A stretch of 64,000 nt of DNA. Origin: Pelagomonas calceolata (Eukaryota). The stretch spans positions 5,146,001 to 5,210,000 of the forward strand of contig CAKKNE010000002.1 of NCBI GenBank assembly GCA_918797485.1, read 5' to 3'. The notes below the pieces were generated by a model. The model ran no database searches. It saw only the letters and a program-made list of their open reading frames with translations, and had not been told where the DNA came from. Position numbers and translations under genes: made by a program. This document shows, one piece after another, positions 34,188 through 45,148 of this stretch (positions are counted from its first letter, which is position 1; each line of letters begins with the position of its first letter).

Positions 34188-34501
34188 CGCTGCGGCGTCC
34201 CGAGATCGCTGCGCGGCGACGTGCGCGGCCCGAAATTATGCACTGGTGTGAGATCACAGTGCACAGCTCCTGCTGGGGCGTCTTTCGCTACCAATTTGTT
34301 GGCAAGCTCGTGCGACTATTTTTTGCTGCTCGTCTGCTGTTGTTGGGGATCTGGGCGCACCAATGTGGCGTTTTGGCTTGCTGCTTTGCTTGGCTAGTGT
34401 CTCACTGCCGCTAGCTTCCGCCGCCCACCCTAGCACCGTACGTCAAAGATATACCGCATGCTTAATCGTACACATTCTTAGGCCACCGGACGACAGACAG
34501 A

Positions 34502-34777
34502 CTACGAGAAGTCCGCCAGCAGCTCCGCGAGCGCGGCCTCGAGGTGCTCCGGCCGGATCGTCTCGTCGCCCTCCGACCGCGCCTCGGCCTCGGCGCGGTC
34601 CCGCGCCTCGAGGACGAAGAGCCGCAGCAGCTCGCCGCAGGTCTTCGCGGCCCCGGCCGTGAGCTTGATATTCGCGGCCGCACGTTGGCCGCCGGCCTCC
34701 GCGGCTGCGCGGCTCAGCAGCTCCATCACCAAAGCCTCGTCGAAGGTCGGCTCCTCATTTTGCGCGCCGGCGTCCAT
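34502..34777 (-). CDS. CENPX: CENP-X / MHF2 histone-fold protein
   Basis: ELLRLFVLEARDRA...IRPEHLEAALAELLADF. Confidence 0.88.
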   Translation of the reverse strand: MDAGAQNEEPTFDEALVMELLSRAAAEAGGQRAAANIKLTAGAAKTCGELLRLFVLEARDRAEAEARSEGDETIRPEHLEAALAELLADFS

Positions 34778-35364
34778 TTATGCCAGCTTCTCGCCGAGCA
34801 GCCGCTTCCTTACTGACATGCGCTTGCGCGTATCAACAAAAGCCAGCGCTAAGAAGAGCAGGCAAAGCCCACAGATGCCGCACACTACGTACAGCTCTGT
34901 ATGCGTGTGTCCCGTGACGGGATGCGGGCGGCGCGGCTCCAAATTTACCATGCAGCAATAGACTGGTCCTTGCTCGCGCTTAGACGAGCTCGCGCGCGGC
35001 AGGACTGCACGAGATCCGTGTATCTGTCGGGAGCAGGTCTTGCGCCCTAGGGAAGGACCGCTATGCCGCGTCGCGCCCGGGAAAGCTCCTTGCTAGTGTC
35101 TTACAGGACTCTAGCGCATGCCGGCTTTATCGGGCAAAAAAGCCGCTTTTAGAGGAGCACAAGGGCTCAATAAATCTCACACGTGACTCGCACGGATCAG
35201 CGCTTTGGCGAATTGCAGCACTCTGCGGTCAGCATCACACAGCAGGGCTAATACACTGCGCCAGGCCAAGCAAGTGCTGTGCTTGTCCGCCGCGGTGTAG
35301 ACGCGCCGACGGCCGCTTGACCAGAACTCGACGCCAGAAGTCGCAGCAGCAAAGGTAGCGAACG

Positions 35365-36644
35365 ATGAGCCAACGCGCCGTGCTGGCAGCAGGCGCCGTC
35401 GCCGCGGCCGCCGCATGGCTCATACGACGAACGAAACAAGACGAGACGCGAGAGCGCGCGGGCTCCATCGCGTACGACACCAAAGACGAGCTCTTCCACG
35501 CGATGCGCAAGGACGCCATCACCGCCGCTTCCAGGGAACCGTGGATGGCCGGCATTCTCCAGCACATTATTGACGCGAGATGTTTCGAGGACGCCGTGGC
35601 GAACATGCTGATGCACAAGCTCGCGTACGAAACAACCAACAAGCAGGAGATGCGGCGCAAGTTCCGCGAGGCTTTACTTGAGGAAAGCGCTGCCTGTCGC
35701 GCCGACGCGCAGGCCGTGGTTCAAAGAGACCCGGCGGCGGACGGTGTGCTGGACGTGGTCATGTACTTCAAGGGATTTTCGGCCATCCAAGGCTACAGGA
35801 TAGCGCACCGCGCGTGGGAGGCCGGCGAGCGCGCGTATGCTCTCTGGCTGCAATCGCGGTGCTCGCAGCAGTTCGGCGTGGATATCCATCCCGCGGCGGT
35901 CATCGGCCCGGCCGTGATTATCGACCACGCGACGGGCGTCGTGATCGGCGAAACGGCCGTGGTCGGCGAGGGCTGCACCTTACTCCACGGCGTGACGCTG
36001 GGCGGCTCGGGCAAGGATCATGGGGACCGGCACCCGAAGATCGGCAAGCACGTGCTGCTGGGGGCGGGCTGCTCGGTCCTGGGAAATATCCGCGTGGGCG
36101 ACCGGTACCGACGCGGCGTCCTCGTACATCATACGCCGTCGACGCATATCCGCGCAGGGCAAAGCTCGGCGCCGGCTCCATCGTCCTCAAGCCCATCCCG
36201 TCCGGCGCGACGGCCGTCGGGGCGCCGGCGAAGATCGTCGGCCGCGTGCAGGAGGAGAATCCCGCGGGCCGCGGCTGGGTCGACGCCGGCGTCACGGAGT
36301 GCGTCTGGAGCGAGCTCACGAGGCATGCGGGACCCACTCCAAAAAATACGATCTCGTACCCGTCGTTCAAGAAGCTGCTCTCCAGTTCCAGCGTCGACGA
36401 AGCCGCCATCGGCGAGCTCTTCTTCGAATTGGACGGAAATTTGGACGGCTTCATCACGGAGAAGGAGTTCCGGGAAAATTTTGACAAGTGCAGCGATAAA
36501 CTGTGCGAGGCCATGTGCGAGTCGTCGCTGCAGTGCCCCGAGCGGCGGACGTCTATTAAACGACATGTCGTCGGCACGATGCACCAGATCACGCCGACTG
36601 GATCGACATCGCCGACGCACCGCTCCCTCGAGAGCCCCGAATGA
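35365..36644 (+). CDS. SAT: Serine O-acetyltransferase with C-terminal EF-hand; intron 36105-36157
   Basis: RDPA, FKGFSAIQGYR, VDIHPAA, IDHATGVVIGETAVVG, TLGGSGK..DRHPKIG; then FFELDGNLDGFITEKEF. Confidence 0.92.
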
Positions 36645-36762
36645 TTGCTCCGGCGCGCTTGATGATGACTCGCCCTAATTGTGTGCTGGCGCTACGCGCT
36701 GCCGCCGCGACAACATCTCTCGCCGCGACGGCTTCGAGTAAGACTACTTGTGTACTTGCTTA

Positions 36763-38870
36763 TCAGGCGGCGGAGACGGACGGCCGCGATACGCGTGTGA
36801 ACGCGCCGCTCTTGAGGTTCTCGTGCGCGTTCGACTCCGTTAATAAATCGACGGTGAACGCCTGGATCGGCGCGAGGACGTCCGCCTTGTGAGCGTGCCC
36901 CAGCAGCACGTTCCCGTTGTTCGCTAATTGTAAAGTCGCGAGAAACTGGCGGCAGACGCCCGACCGCTCCCGGCCTCGAGCGAGCTGCGCAAATGGTACA
37001 GGAGCGGGCTTGACGCCCTGCACGCGGCAGTCCTTCGCCCGCGCGGCGGCGACGGCCGCCACCACATCTCTCCCGAGCGCGAGGATGTCGAAGGGCGGTC
37101 CCGCCTCCTGCGCTGCTAGTATAGGCGCCAGGCGCTCCTGCCACTGGGCCACGCGGTCGGCGATTCTCGCTAACTGAGCATACGACGCGACGGCGCCCGC
37201 CAATTCGTCCAGGTGCTGCTGGCAGGCCTCCTGGACGACGTCCGCGTCGCACTGATCGTCGTAGTCGTCGTCGAACCCACCAATGGGGCCACCAAACGAC
37301 TGGTCGTCCTCCTCCTCGACCTGAGGTTGTAACGGTACTTCATCAGAAAACAAGCGCGCGAACGTCGCCCGCCGCCCGCGCCCGTCCCAGGCGTCCTCGA
37401 CGGACTCCTCATCATCTAGATCCGCCTGGCGCGCCCGTTTTTCCTCCAAGGCGACGGCCGCCAAGAGCTCGGGAATGACATCTGATAAAGGCGCGGCGGC
37501 GGCCCTTTGCTTGAGGGCCTCATTTAAACTTTTGGTGGCGAGCTTGCGGTCTCTAGCTGTTGTAGCTGATGCCTCGGCGGCGCATAACGCAGCCACCTGC
37601 GCGTCCGACGGCGCACCTTCCATATGTGAAGGGAGCTCGACGGTGTCGCCGTCCTCGACCGGCGCGCGCCACGTCCGGCCGCGCTTCAGCGGTCGCGGTT
37701 TACTATCGTTCGCGAGAGGATCCAATTCCTCCCAGGGGTCGTCGGCCGGCTCCGGCGCCGCTTCCTCCTCCTCTTGAACAGGCGGCTGGAACGGGACGTC
37801 GTCCTCATCTCCGCCGGGTGCAAAGCCGCCGTCGTCGTCGTCGTCCATGGGCGGCGGCGCGAAGCCTGCATCATCAATCGGAGCGTCCTCGAGCGGCGGC
37901 AGCGGCGCCTCGACGTCCATCATCTCCTCCGCAACAGGTGCGGCGGCTCCCTGCGCGGTGGTAGATCGGTGAGATGCGGCGATGGCGCGGCGTCGTGGCG
38001 TCGCGTGAGGCCTCTACGCCATCGACGCGATGGCGCGGCGGGGGAAGAAGCGCGCACGTCGCGCGGAAGCAAAGGACGCCGCGGCCGCGCCCCCTCTTCA
38101 TCAACAATAGCGCCGTCGCCCTCCAACCCCGGCAGCCGCAGCGACCCGTCCTCGCAGAAACACGCCCCGAAGAACGGCGCGTCCTCGTCCGTATCTCTAA
38201 ATAACATAGCCACCAGAGGATCGGCGTCGGACTGCTCCAGTTCCTTTTCTTTGTCCTCGTCCAGATCAATATTCTTGCCCGCGCGGCACGGTTTCAATGG
38301 TTGTAGAGCGTTCTCCGGCAGCGGGTCGAGCGGCTCCTCCTCGTCGGACTCCTCCTCCTCGTTCGGACCTTCCTGCGCGGGGCATCGCGGTCTCGACGCG
38401 GTCCGAATGGCCTCAAATTCGAAAAAGAAACCACCCACGTCATCGTGAGATGGACACGAGTCGCGTCGAAGGCGCCTCCACACGACGGGACGCCGCGAAC
38501 GCACGGCGGCCTTCTTCTCGGCCTTTTCCTTTTCCTTCTGGCCCGTCCGCAGTAACTCCAATACGCGATACACCAATGCATGGACCCCATCCACTTTCCG
38601 CCCATACACGACGGCCGAACCCTGCAACAACAGCCCGGCCTCCGCGAAGTTGATCATCGCGCCCGCGTCCTTCTCGACGTAGCGCACGCAGGCTTCCACG
38701 TAGTCCTCGAGGGCCTCATCCACATCCACATCAAAGGCTAGGGCCGCGTCCTTGATGGGTTTTAGGAGGGCCATGAACTTCTCCGTGGCCTTCTTCTGCT
38801 TTGAGATCGCGTTATCATCGTCGGAGTCGACGTCCATGTCTTGCGGCGGGGTCTTCTTGCGGCGGGGCAT
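36763..38870 (-). CDS. NCAPH2: Condensin II kleisin CAP-H2; introns 38373-38504 and 37951-38057
   Basis: LLKPIKD..FDVDV..LEDY, NFAEAGLLLQGSAVVYGRKVD; C-terminal WQERLAPIL..FDI..CRQFLATLQLANNGNV. Confidence 0.92.
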
Positions 38871-39517
38871 GGTGTGTAGTACGGCGCGGCGGCTGCGCGG
38901 CGCCTTTCCGCTGTAGCTACGGCGTATCACGTCCGCGACGCGGCTGCGCGGCGCTCTGAACCTGAGCAAACCGACGGCGGTTTTGGACGTAACCAACCTG
39001 AGCCGCGGTCTGCGCTCGGCGCAGCGGTCACAGTGGCTGTGGCGGTCTCCGGATGGTTCCAAATCGCAGCTCTACGCCCCAGAGGCCGCGTATGGAGGCA
39101 AAACGCAAAGCGCCGTCAAAAACGATCGAAACCCGCACTCAAAAAAAAATCGGCCCCCAGGCACCATGCTACACTCCTCAGGAAGCCTGCCAGACGCCCT
39201 CTGTGGCGCCAGTCCGCACTACCAGCGCCTCGCAGCTTTGTGTGACACCCAAAAATATTTTTTGGTATTTTTGCAGTCATCGTTGCCTGCAGCCGCACCG
39301 TTGCAGCCCCGCGCCGCACGTCCGCGTCGCACGCTCCTACCGTCCGTTGCAGCCCCGAGGCGGCGGCGCAACCCCATCGCTCGCAGCCTTGCCAGGCAGC
39401 CCAAATAGCAGCCCGTCCGCCACGACGCGGGCGCGCACCGCCACGACGGCGAGCCGCGTCGCCTCGCCGGGCAAGGCTCGACGGGCCAGCGAGGCCCAAG
39501 ACACGCTGGAGCGCCAC

Positions 39518-40585
39518 ATGTCAAGACCGGAAAAACGGTCGGTGGACCTCGAGGCGACCGAGATGCTGGCCAAGGCGAAACAGAGCGATCCCAACCTCCA
39601 GGAGGCGAAGAATGAGGGAGGCATCACGCGGGCGGGCCTCAAGGTGCTGGTACTGTTAGCGTTCCAGAACTGCGTCAAAAACCTTGTGATGAGAGCTGCG
39701 GTCTCCGGGGACGCGCACTTCTTGTACTCGGCGGCGGTCATCGCGACCGAGGGCACGAAGTGTCTATCGTCCACCTTATATGTCTTATGTACTGGTGGTT
39801 CTCCTAATACAATATACTTATACCTAAGGACGGAATGGCGCAAGTTCGCGCTGCTGGCGGTGCCGGCGGGCATCTACAACTTCCAGCAGACGCTGGAATA
39901 CGTGGCGCTGCGGAATTTGAATGCGGCGCTGTTTTCCGTCCTCGTACAAACCAAACTGTTGACCACGGCGATATTTTCGGCGGGTCTACTCGGCAAAAGA
40001 TTAAGACGGGCACAACTGATTTCATTAGTTTTACTAACAACTGGAGTCATGCTCGCGCAGTTGCGACCCGATAGAGGCGAGGCGTCGAACGGCGAGTCGG
40101 TCACTACTGGTATTTTAGCAACATTAGGCATTGCGTTATCATCAGGCTTCGCCGCGGTCTACACGGAGAAGGTCATTAAGAGGGTGGGTACGACGCAACA
40201 GACGGCGACGGCGCCTCCAGTCAGTGGATTGGCTTATACGCAGATCCAGCTCGCGATGACGTCTTTGGTCATCGAAGGGGGCTGGGCCTTCGCGACCGAC
40301 GGCGCCGCTATCAGAGAACGGGGATTGTGGGACGGCTTCGACTACAAGGCGTGCATCTCCGTCTTCAACTCCGCGGCCGGCGGTCTGACCGTGGCCGCAG
40401 TTTTGAAGTATGCGGACGCCGTCCTCAAGGGCTACGCCACAGCCGTGTCCGTCGTCCTCACCGGATTACTGAGCATGCTCTTCTTCGGGACCACGCTGTC
40501 CGTGGAGTACGCTTTAGGCATGGTCAACGTCTTCGCGGCGATCGTGCTCTACAACGTGCGCGACCTCGACGCGCACGCGTGGTAG
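39518..40585 (+). CDS. SLC35A-family nucleotide-sugar transporter
   Basis: LAVPAGIY..Q..L.YVAL.NL, QTKLLTTA, SGFAAVYTEKVIK, GGLTVAAVLKYADAVLKGYAT. Confidence 0.92.
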   Translation: MSRPEKRSVDLEATEMLAKAKQSDPNLQEAKNEGGITRAGLKVLVLLAFQNCVKNLVMRAAVSGDAHFLYSAAVIATEGTKCLSSTLYVLCTGGSPNTIYLYLRTEWRKFALLAVPAGIYNFQQTLEYVALRNLNAALFSVLVQTKLLTTAIFSAGLLGKRLRRAQLISLVLLTTGVMLAQLRPDRGEASNGESVTTGILATLGIALSSGFAAVYTEKVIKRVGTTQQTATAPPVSGLAYTQIQLAMTSLVIEGGWAFATDGAAIRERGLWDGFDYKACISVFNSAAGGLTVAAVLKYADAVLKGYATAVSVVLTGLLSMLFFGTTLSVEYALGMVNVFAAIVLYNVRDLDAHAW

Positions 40586-40657
40586 TCGCTCTGCTTAACG
40601 TATCCGGTCGGTTTCTCTTGCTTTCTAGGGTGGAATTACTAAACATAACACAGGACC

Positions 40658-43600
40658 TTAGGAGCCTCCGACGCGCAACTCCCCCCACCGCTTCCCGAAA
40701 GCCACAAAGAGCCCACTCGTGTCGCTCCTGAACGCCAAATCGTGCACACCATCCTCAAAAGCAATCACTCGCAGCGCCGCGCCGCCCTTGCTTGCGTCCC
40801 AAACCCGCAAGGTCTTGTCGTCCGCCCCGCTCACGAGCCGCAACGCGCCCGTCGCCGGGTCCGCAGAGGCCGTCAGCGCATACACGTAGTCCGTGTGCCC
40901 TTCGAGCACGAAGCGCGCCGCGCCGCCCGCGGCCAAGTCCCAGATGCGCACGGAACCGTCGCTACATCCGCTCGCAAGGCGAAGGTCGCCCGTCGTCTGG
41001 TCTTCGAAAACAGTCAACGCCCACACATCGTCCGTGTGCCCCTCGAGTACGACCAACGCCTCGCCTCCAGCGACCGGGTCGTATATGTGCACCTTTTTGT
41101 CTCTACAACCACAAGCTATTCGCAGTTCGCCAGTCGCCGGGTCCGCGAAGACCGCCAGCGCCAACACTTCCGCGCCAACTTCGATCACGAGTAGCGCCTC
41201 GCCGACCGCGACGGGGTCGAAGACACGCACATTTCCACCATCTTCATCACCCCACTTATCAAGCTCCCTGGTGCCGCAAGCGAGCCGCAGCGCGCCCGTC
41301 GCCGGGTCCGTGAAGAATGCCAACGCATACACAGTGGCGCCAGCGTCGATCACGAGCAGTGCCTCGCCGCCCACGACAGGGTCGAAGACGCGCACCCTCT
41401 CATCATCACAACCACAAGCGAGCCGCGCCGCGCCCGTCGCCGGGTCCACAAAGAACGCCAGCGCATTCACTGACGAGCCGACGTCGATCACGAGCACCGC
41501 ACCGCCAGTCTCCGCATCCCACACGCGAATCGTCTTATCACGCGACCCGGTCGCGACCCGCAGTGCGCCCGTCGCCGGATCCACAAAGGTCACCAGTTCA
41601 GTCACAGGACTAGAGTGCCCCTCGGGCTCCGCCTCGATCGCCGCGCCGCCCGCCGCCGGGTTCCAGACTCGGACGTCCCACGATCCGCTCACGAGCCGCG
41701 TCTCGCCCGTCGCCGGGTCCGTGAAGGCTGTCAAAGCCGTTACAGAATCTGTATGCCCCTCGAGCACGACCAGCGCCTCGCCGCCCGCGACCGGGTCGAA
41801 GACGCGCACCTTATTGCCTTCATAACCCTCCCCGCATGCGAGCCGCAGCGCGCCCGTCGCCAGGTCTTTAAACATGACCAGTGCGCTCACCTCTTTGTCG
41901 CCCGCGTCGAGCACGAGCAGCGCCTCGCCGCCAGAATTCGCGTCGAAGACGCGCACCTTCCCATCGTCAGAGCCGCACGCGAGCCTCGGCGCGCCCGTCG
42001 CTGGTTCCTTGAAGGCCACCAGTGCACTGCAGTCAATATCTACCACGAGCAGCGCGTCGCCGCCCGCGACCGGATCGACGACAAGCACCTTCTTTTCCGC
42101 AGCGCACACAAGCCGCGGTGCACCCGTCGCCGGGTCTTTGAAGACTTCTAGCTCTATAGCGCTGACCTCGAGCACGAGGAGCGCCTCGCCGCCCGCGACC
42201 GGATCGTAGATGCGCACCTTCTCACCTCGACATCCACAAGCCAAACGCGGCTCGCCCGTCGCCGGGTCTTTGAAGACCGCCAGCGCGAACACACTTTCGC
42301 CCACATCAATCACAAGCAGCGCCTCGCCGCCGGCGACCGGGTCGAAGACGCGCACGTCACCACTTGCCCCAAAGTCTAATGATGTTCCACAAACGAGCCG
42401 CAACTCGCCCGTCGCCGGGTCTTTGAAGACAGCCAGCTCAGAAGCACACACATCAATCACGACCAGCGCCGCGCCACCCGCGACCGGATCATAGATGTGC
42501 ACATTCCCGTCAGAATCACCACAAGCAAGCCGCGGCTCGCCCATCGCCGGGTCTACGAAGGTCGCCAAACAATCAGCAACAACCTCGATCCGACACCGCT
42601 CCGCCCCACCCGCCGCCGTCAGACTCATCGATCGCACGGCCGACAGCGATAGCTTGCTCGCGACGCGCCTCGCGTCATCGACCAGGCGGCACGCGGCAGG
42701 AGACGACTCCACATCCGCGCGAGGCACGAGCCGCTGCCACAACTGCTCGACAAGTGGCATGCCTAGCGATATTCCGCGCCGTGACAGCACCAAGGAGTCG
42801 GACAGCAGCAATGTGTCCTGGCCCTGAAGAACGTTCAGGTCCGCCACGAAGGAAACAATGTCGCAGTCACTCCGCTTCAGCACGTACGACAGACTGCAGG
42901 CGACTCCAACGGCCTCTCCCTCTTCGTTCGACCGCGTCATGTGAAACAAGCACCAGCGCAACGCATAAGCATCCGACGCCGGACCACCCTCACCCTCTAC
43001 GAATGAAGCCAGCACCTCATCTGCGGCCGCGTCGCTCGAGTACGACTCCGTATCCAAAACCCCGGCACGAACCGCTCGAGCACACGCCTGCGCCAGTCGC
43101 CGGTGCGCCGCGTCCCGCACGACGAAGAACGCGTTCTGAGAAGAGCGCCTGTCAAACGGCGCCTCGCCCGTCAGCCAATCCGTCACAGTCTTATGCAAAA
43201 CACCAATCACATCGCCCTCGCGCAGCGGAAATAACAGTGATACGCCATCACAGACCTTCTTGCACCGCGCTCGATCCCAACCAAGCGCACTACTCGCCGC
43301 GTCGACGGTGAGCGGCTCGGCCGCGGCGCAGATTAATTCGACGAGCGGCACTGCATCGCCCCACGTGCCATCATCAACAAACACGCGTCGAAAGTTCTCC
43401 GCGTAGATCTCGTCGAGGCCAGAAGGCAGCGCGCCGACGCTCGCAAAGTTGATCTTGCCGCTCGTCGCCTCGAGTTGGTCCGCGATGAGGCGCGCATAGA
43501 GCATGAGCCCGTCGGCTTTCCGCTCGAGTGTACTCACGGCGGCATCGAGCGTGGATGAGTTGAGGCGTTCTGAAATGAACGCCTCGAGCGCGTCCGCTCC

Positions 43601-45148
43601 GATACTCGTGTCCTTGCACATGTCAGGTAATGCCGCACGGATCACTTCATACTGATCGTGCGCGATGTGCTTGGCGTCCGCAATGCTCTTCAAATTCAGC
43701 TGGAACTCGGCAATGTGCGTGCTCCCGTCGTCGAGGCGGACACGGATGTTCAAATTAAAGTCGCGGTAGCCCATGGGCGTCGGGCTCGCGAATTTATTCT
43801 TCACTTGGGCAATCTCCAGGCCGACACTTGTGAGCCGATTCAGGACGTCGAGCAGCTCGTCGGGGTTCTCACACAAGATAGTAGCTCGAGAGAGATCTTT
43901 GAGATAACGAGCGTCGCCGCCGTAGTCGTTGGCGAGCTTTTCAAGCGACCGCGGACGGCCCTTCACGCCTGGATCTTTTACGTCATCGCGCAGCTTTTTC
44001 AGAGATTCAACCAAAATATTCTGAGCTACTGCGGCCTGGGTATAGAGCGCCTCGAAATCGCCCACGTCTTGCTTGAGGTTCGGATCGCGTCGCTCCTTGT
44101 AGGCCTCTAACTTGTCGAGTCCGCTCACGCCTCGCATGGCTTCCGCGTACGTCGCCTTGGCTCGACGGAGCGGGTCTTCGAGAGCCGCGAAACCTCCAAG
44201 GCGACCGGCGAGCTCCGGGAACTTCGCCTCGACCTCGTGCCGCAGCGAGTCCATCGTCACCTCGAGCTCGACGTGCTCCTTCGCGAGTTCAGTTAGGTAC
44301 GCCCTCACGTCCTGCCGGTTCCGCGCCTCGTCGACGCGCAGCTCAGACGGCGTGTAGCCCTTCAATGCAGCTTTAATCTGCGCCTCGTCGCGGCTTGTCG
44401 CGACAATCTTGATCCACGACGGCAGTGTCTTGAGCTCGTTCGCGAGCAACGACAGTACCGGCTTGAGCGCGTCGCGCGGCAGCTCGTCGAGCGCGTCTAT
44501 GATTAGTACGAGGGCGTCGTCCGCGCCGCGCGGCGCCTCGACGCTTCGCAACGGCTTTGCTACTAAAGCCTCGAAGAGCTCGTCGACATTTTCCGTCTCG
44601 ACGCCCGTGCTCTCCTTCAGCGCGTCCTCGAAGCCCTCCACCGTCGCACACAGCATGCCCGCCAGAGACCGCAACAGCACCGCTGGCGCCGATCGGCCCG
44701 GCTCGGTATGCTTACAAAAGTGCCACGCGGCCGCGTTTTGTTTGTCGAGCAGTCGCGCGAGCAATTCAGCCGCTGCCACGCTCTTGCCCGTGCCACCGCC
44801 ACCCACAAGCCAAAAGAGCTTTGCGCTATCGGCGTCGGTCCGCCAGCGGAGCACTGCCTCGAAGACCCACTCACGCGTGCCAGGAAGATGCTGCCCGCGC
44901 TTCTCGTTCACAATTGCCGAAAAATCCAGCGCCGACGCAACGCTGGAGCAGTTGGCGCCGTGGAGCTTTTCGTAGAGCGCCTCGGAGATCGCTGCCTTGG
45001 ACTCCTTCCAGCATTGTATTGCCTCCTCCCTGGAGATCTTGGCTTCCGCGAACTTCTCCTCCCACGCGGGCTGCCACCTGGCGCCCGCCAGCTCCTTCGC
45101 CTCGGCAAGCGAGACCTCCGCTGGGAGAGATGAGACACCGCCGCCCAT
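40658..45148 (-). CDS. NLR-like NACHT-WD40 protein with inserted RelA/SpoT-like nucleotidyltransferase domain
   Basis: MGGGVS; PGTREW, GGGGTGKS, IIDALDE, ATSR; insert K..RSLEK..DLSR..KNKF..GYRD..EFQ..H; then ADGLMLYA, LHKTVTDWL; about 13 WD40-like repeats. Confidence 0.88.
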   Translation of the reverse strand: MGGGVSSLPAEVSLAEAKELAGARWQPAWEEKFAEAKISREEAIQCWKESKAAISEALYEKLHGANCSSVASALDFSAIVNEKRGQHLPGTREWVFEAVLRWRTDADSAKLFWLVGGGGTGKSVAAAELLARLLDKQNAAAWHFCKHTEPGRSAPAVLLRSLAGMLCATVEGFEDALKESTGVETENVDELFEALVAKPLRSVEAPRGADDALVLIIDALDELPRDALKPVLSLLANELKTLPSWIKIVATSRDEAQIKAALKGYTPSELRVDEARNRQDVRAYLTELAKEHVELEVTMDSLRHEVEAKFPELAGRLGGFAALEDPLRRAKATYAEAMRGVSGLDKLEAYKERRDPNLKQDVGDFEALYTQAAVAQNILVESLKKLRDDVKDPGVKGRPRSLEKLANDYGGDARYLKDLSRATILCENPDELLDVLNRLTSVGLEIAQVKNKFASPTPMGYRDFNLNIRVRLDDGSTHIAEFQLNLKSIADAKHIAHDQYEVIRAALPDMCKDTSIGADALEAFISERLNSSTLDAAVSTLERKADGLMLYARLIADQLEATSGKINFASVGALPSGLDEIYAENFRRVFVDDGTWGDAVPLVELICAAAEPLTVDAASSALGWDRARCKKVCDGVSLLFPLREGDVIGVLHKTVTDWLTGEAPFDRRSSQNAFFVVRDAAHRRLAQACARAVRAGVLDTESYSSDAAADEVLASFVEGEGGPASDAYALRWCLFHMTRSNEEGEAVGVACSLSYVLKRSDCDIVSFVADLNVLQGQDTLLLSDSLVLSRRGISLGMPLVEQLWQRLVPRADVESSPAACRLVDDARRVASKLSLSAVRSMSLTAAGGAERCRIEVVADCLATFVDPAMGEPRLACGDSDGNVHIYDPVAGGAALVVIDVCASELAVFKDPATGELRLVCGTSLDFGASGDVRVFDPVAGGEALLVIDVGESVFALAVFKDPATGEPRLACGCRGEKVRIYDPVAGGEALLVLEVSAIELEVFKDPATGAPRLVCAAEKKVLVVDPVAGGDALLVVDIDCSALVAFKEPATGAPRLACGSDDGKVRVFDANSGGEALLVLDAGDKEVSALVMFKDLATGALRLACGEGYEGNKVRVFDPVAGGEALVVLEGHTDSVTALTAFTDPATGETRLVSGSWDVRVWNPAAGGAAIEAEPEGHSSPVTELVTFVDPATGALRVATGSRDKTIRVWDAETGGAVLVIDVGSSVNALAFFVDPATGAARLACGCDDERVRVFDPVVGGEALLVIDAGATVYALAFFTDPATGALRLACGTRELDKWGDEDGGNVRVFDPVAVGEALLVIEVGAEVLALAVFADPATGELRIACGCRDKKVHIYDPVAGGEALVVLEGHTDDVWALTVFEDQTTGDLRLASGCSDGSVRIWDLAAGGAARFVLEGHTDYVYALTASADPATGALRLVSGADDKTLRVWDASKGGAALRVIAFEDGVHDLAFRSDTSGLFVAFGKRWGELRVGGS
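40700..42590 (-). repeat. Tandem array of highly similar ~45-50-aa WD40-like repeats (coding)
   Basis: Recurrent F.DPATG..RLACG....VRVFDPVAGGEALLV; DNA motif gcccgtcgccgggtc recurs every ~130-160 bp. Confidence 0.9.

Noticed and set aside
39053..39517. N-terminal extension of the SLC35A ORF
   Set aside because: Non-ATG start and promoter/UTR-like sequence; ATG 39518 fits the family length
40700..42590. Regularly spaced DNA repeats as a CRISPR array
   Set aside because: In-frame WD40 coding repeats; degenerate; eukaryotic context; no cas genes
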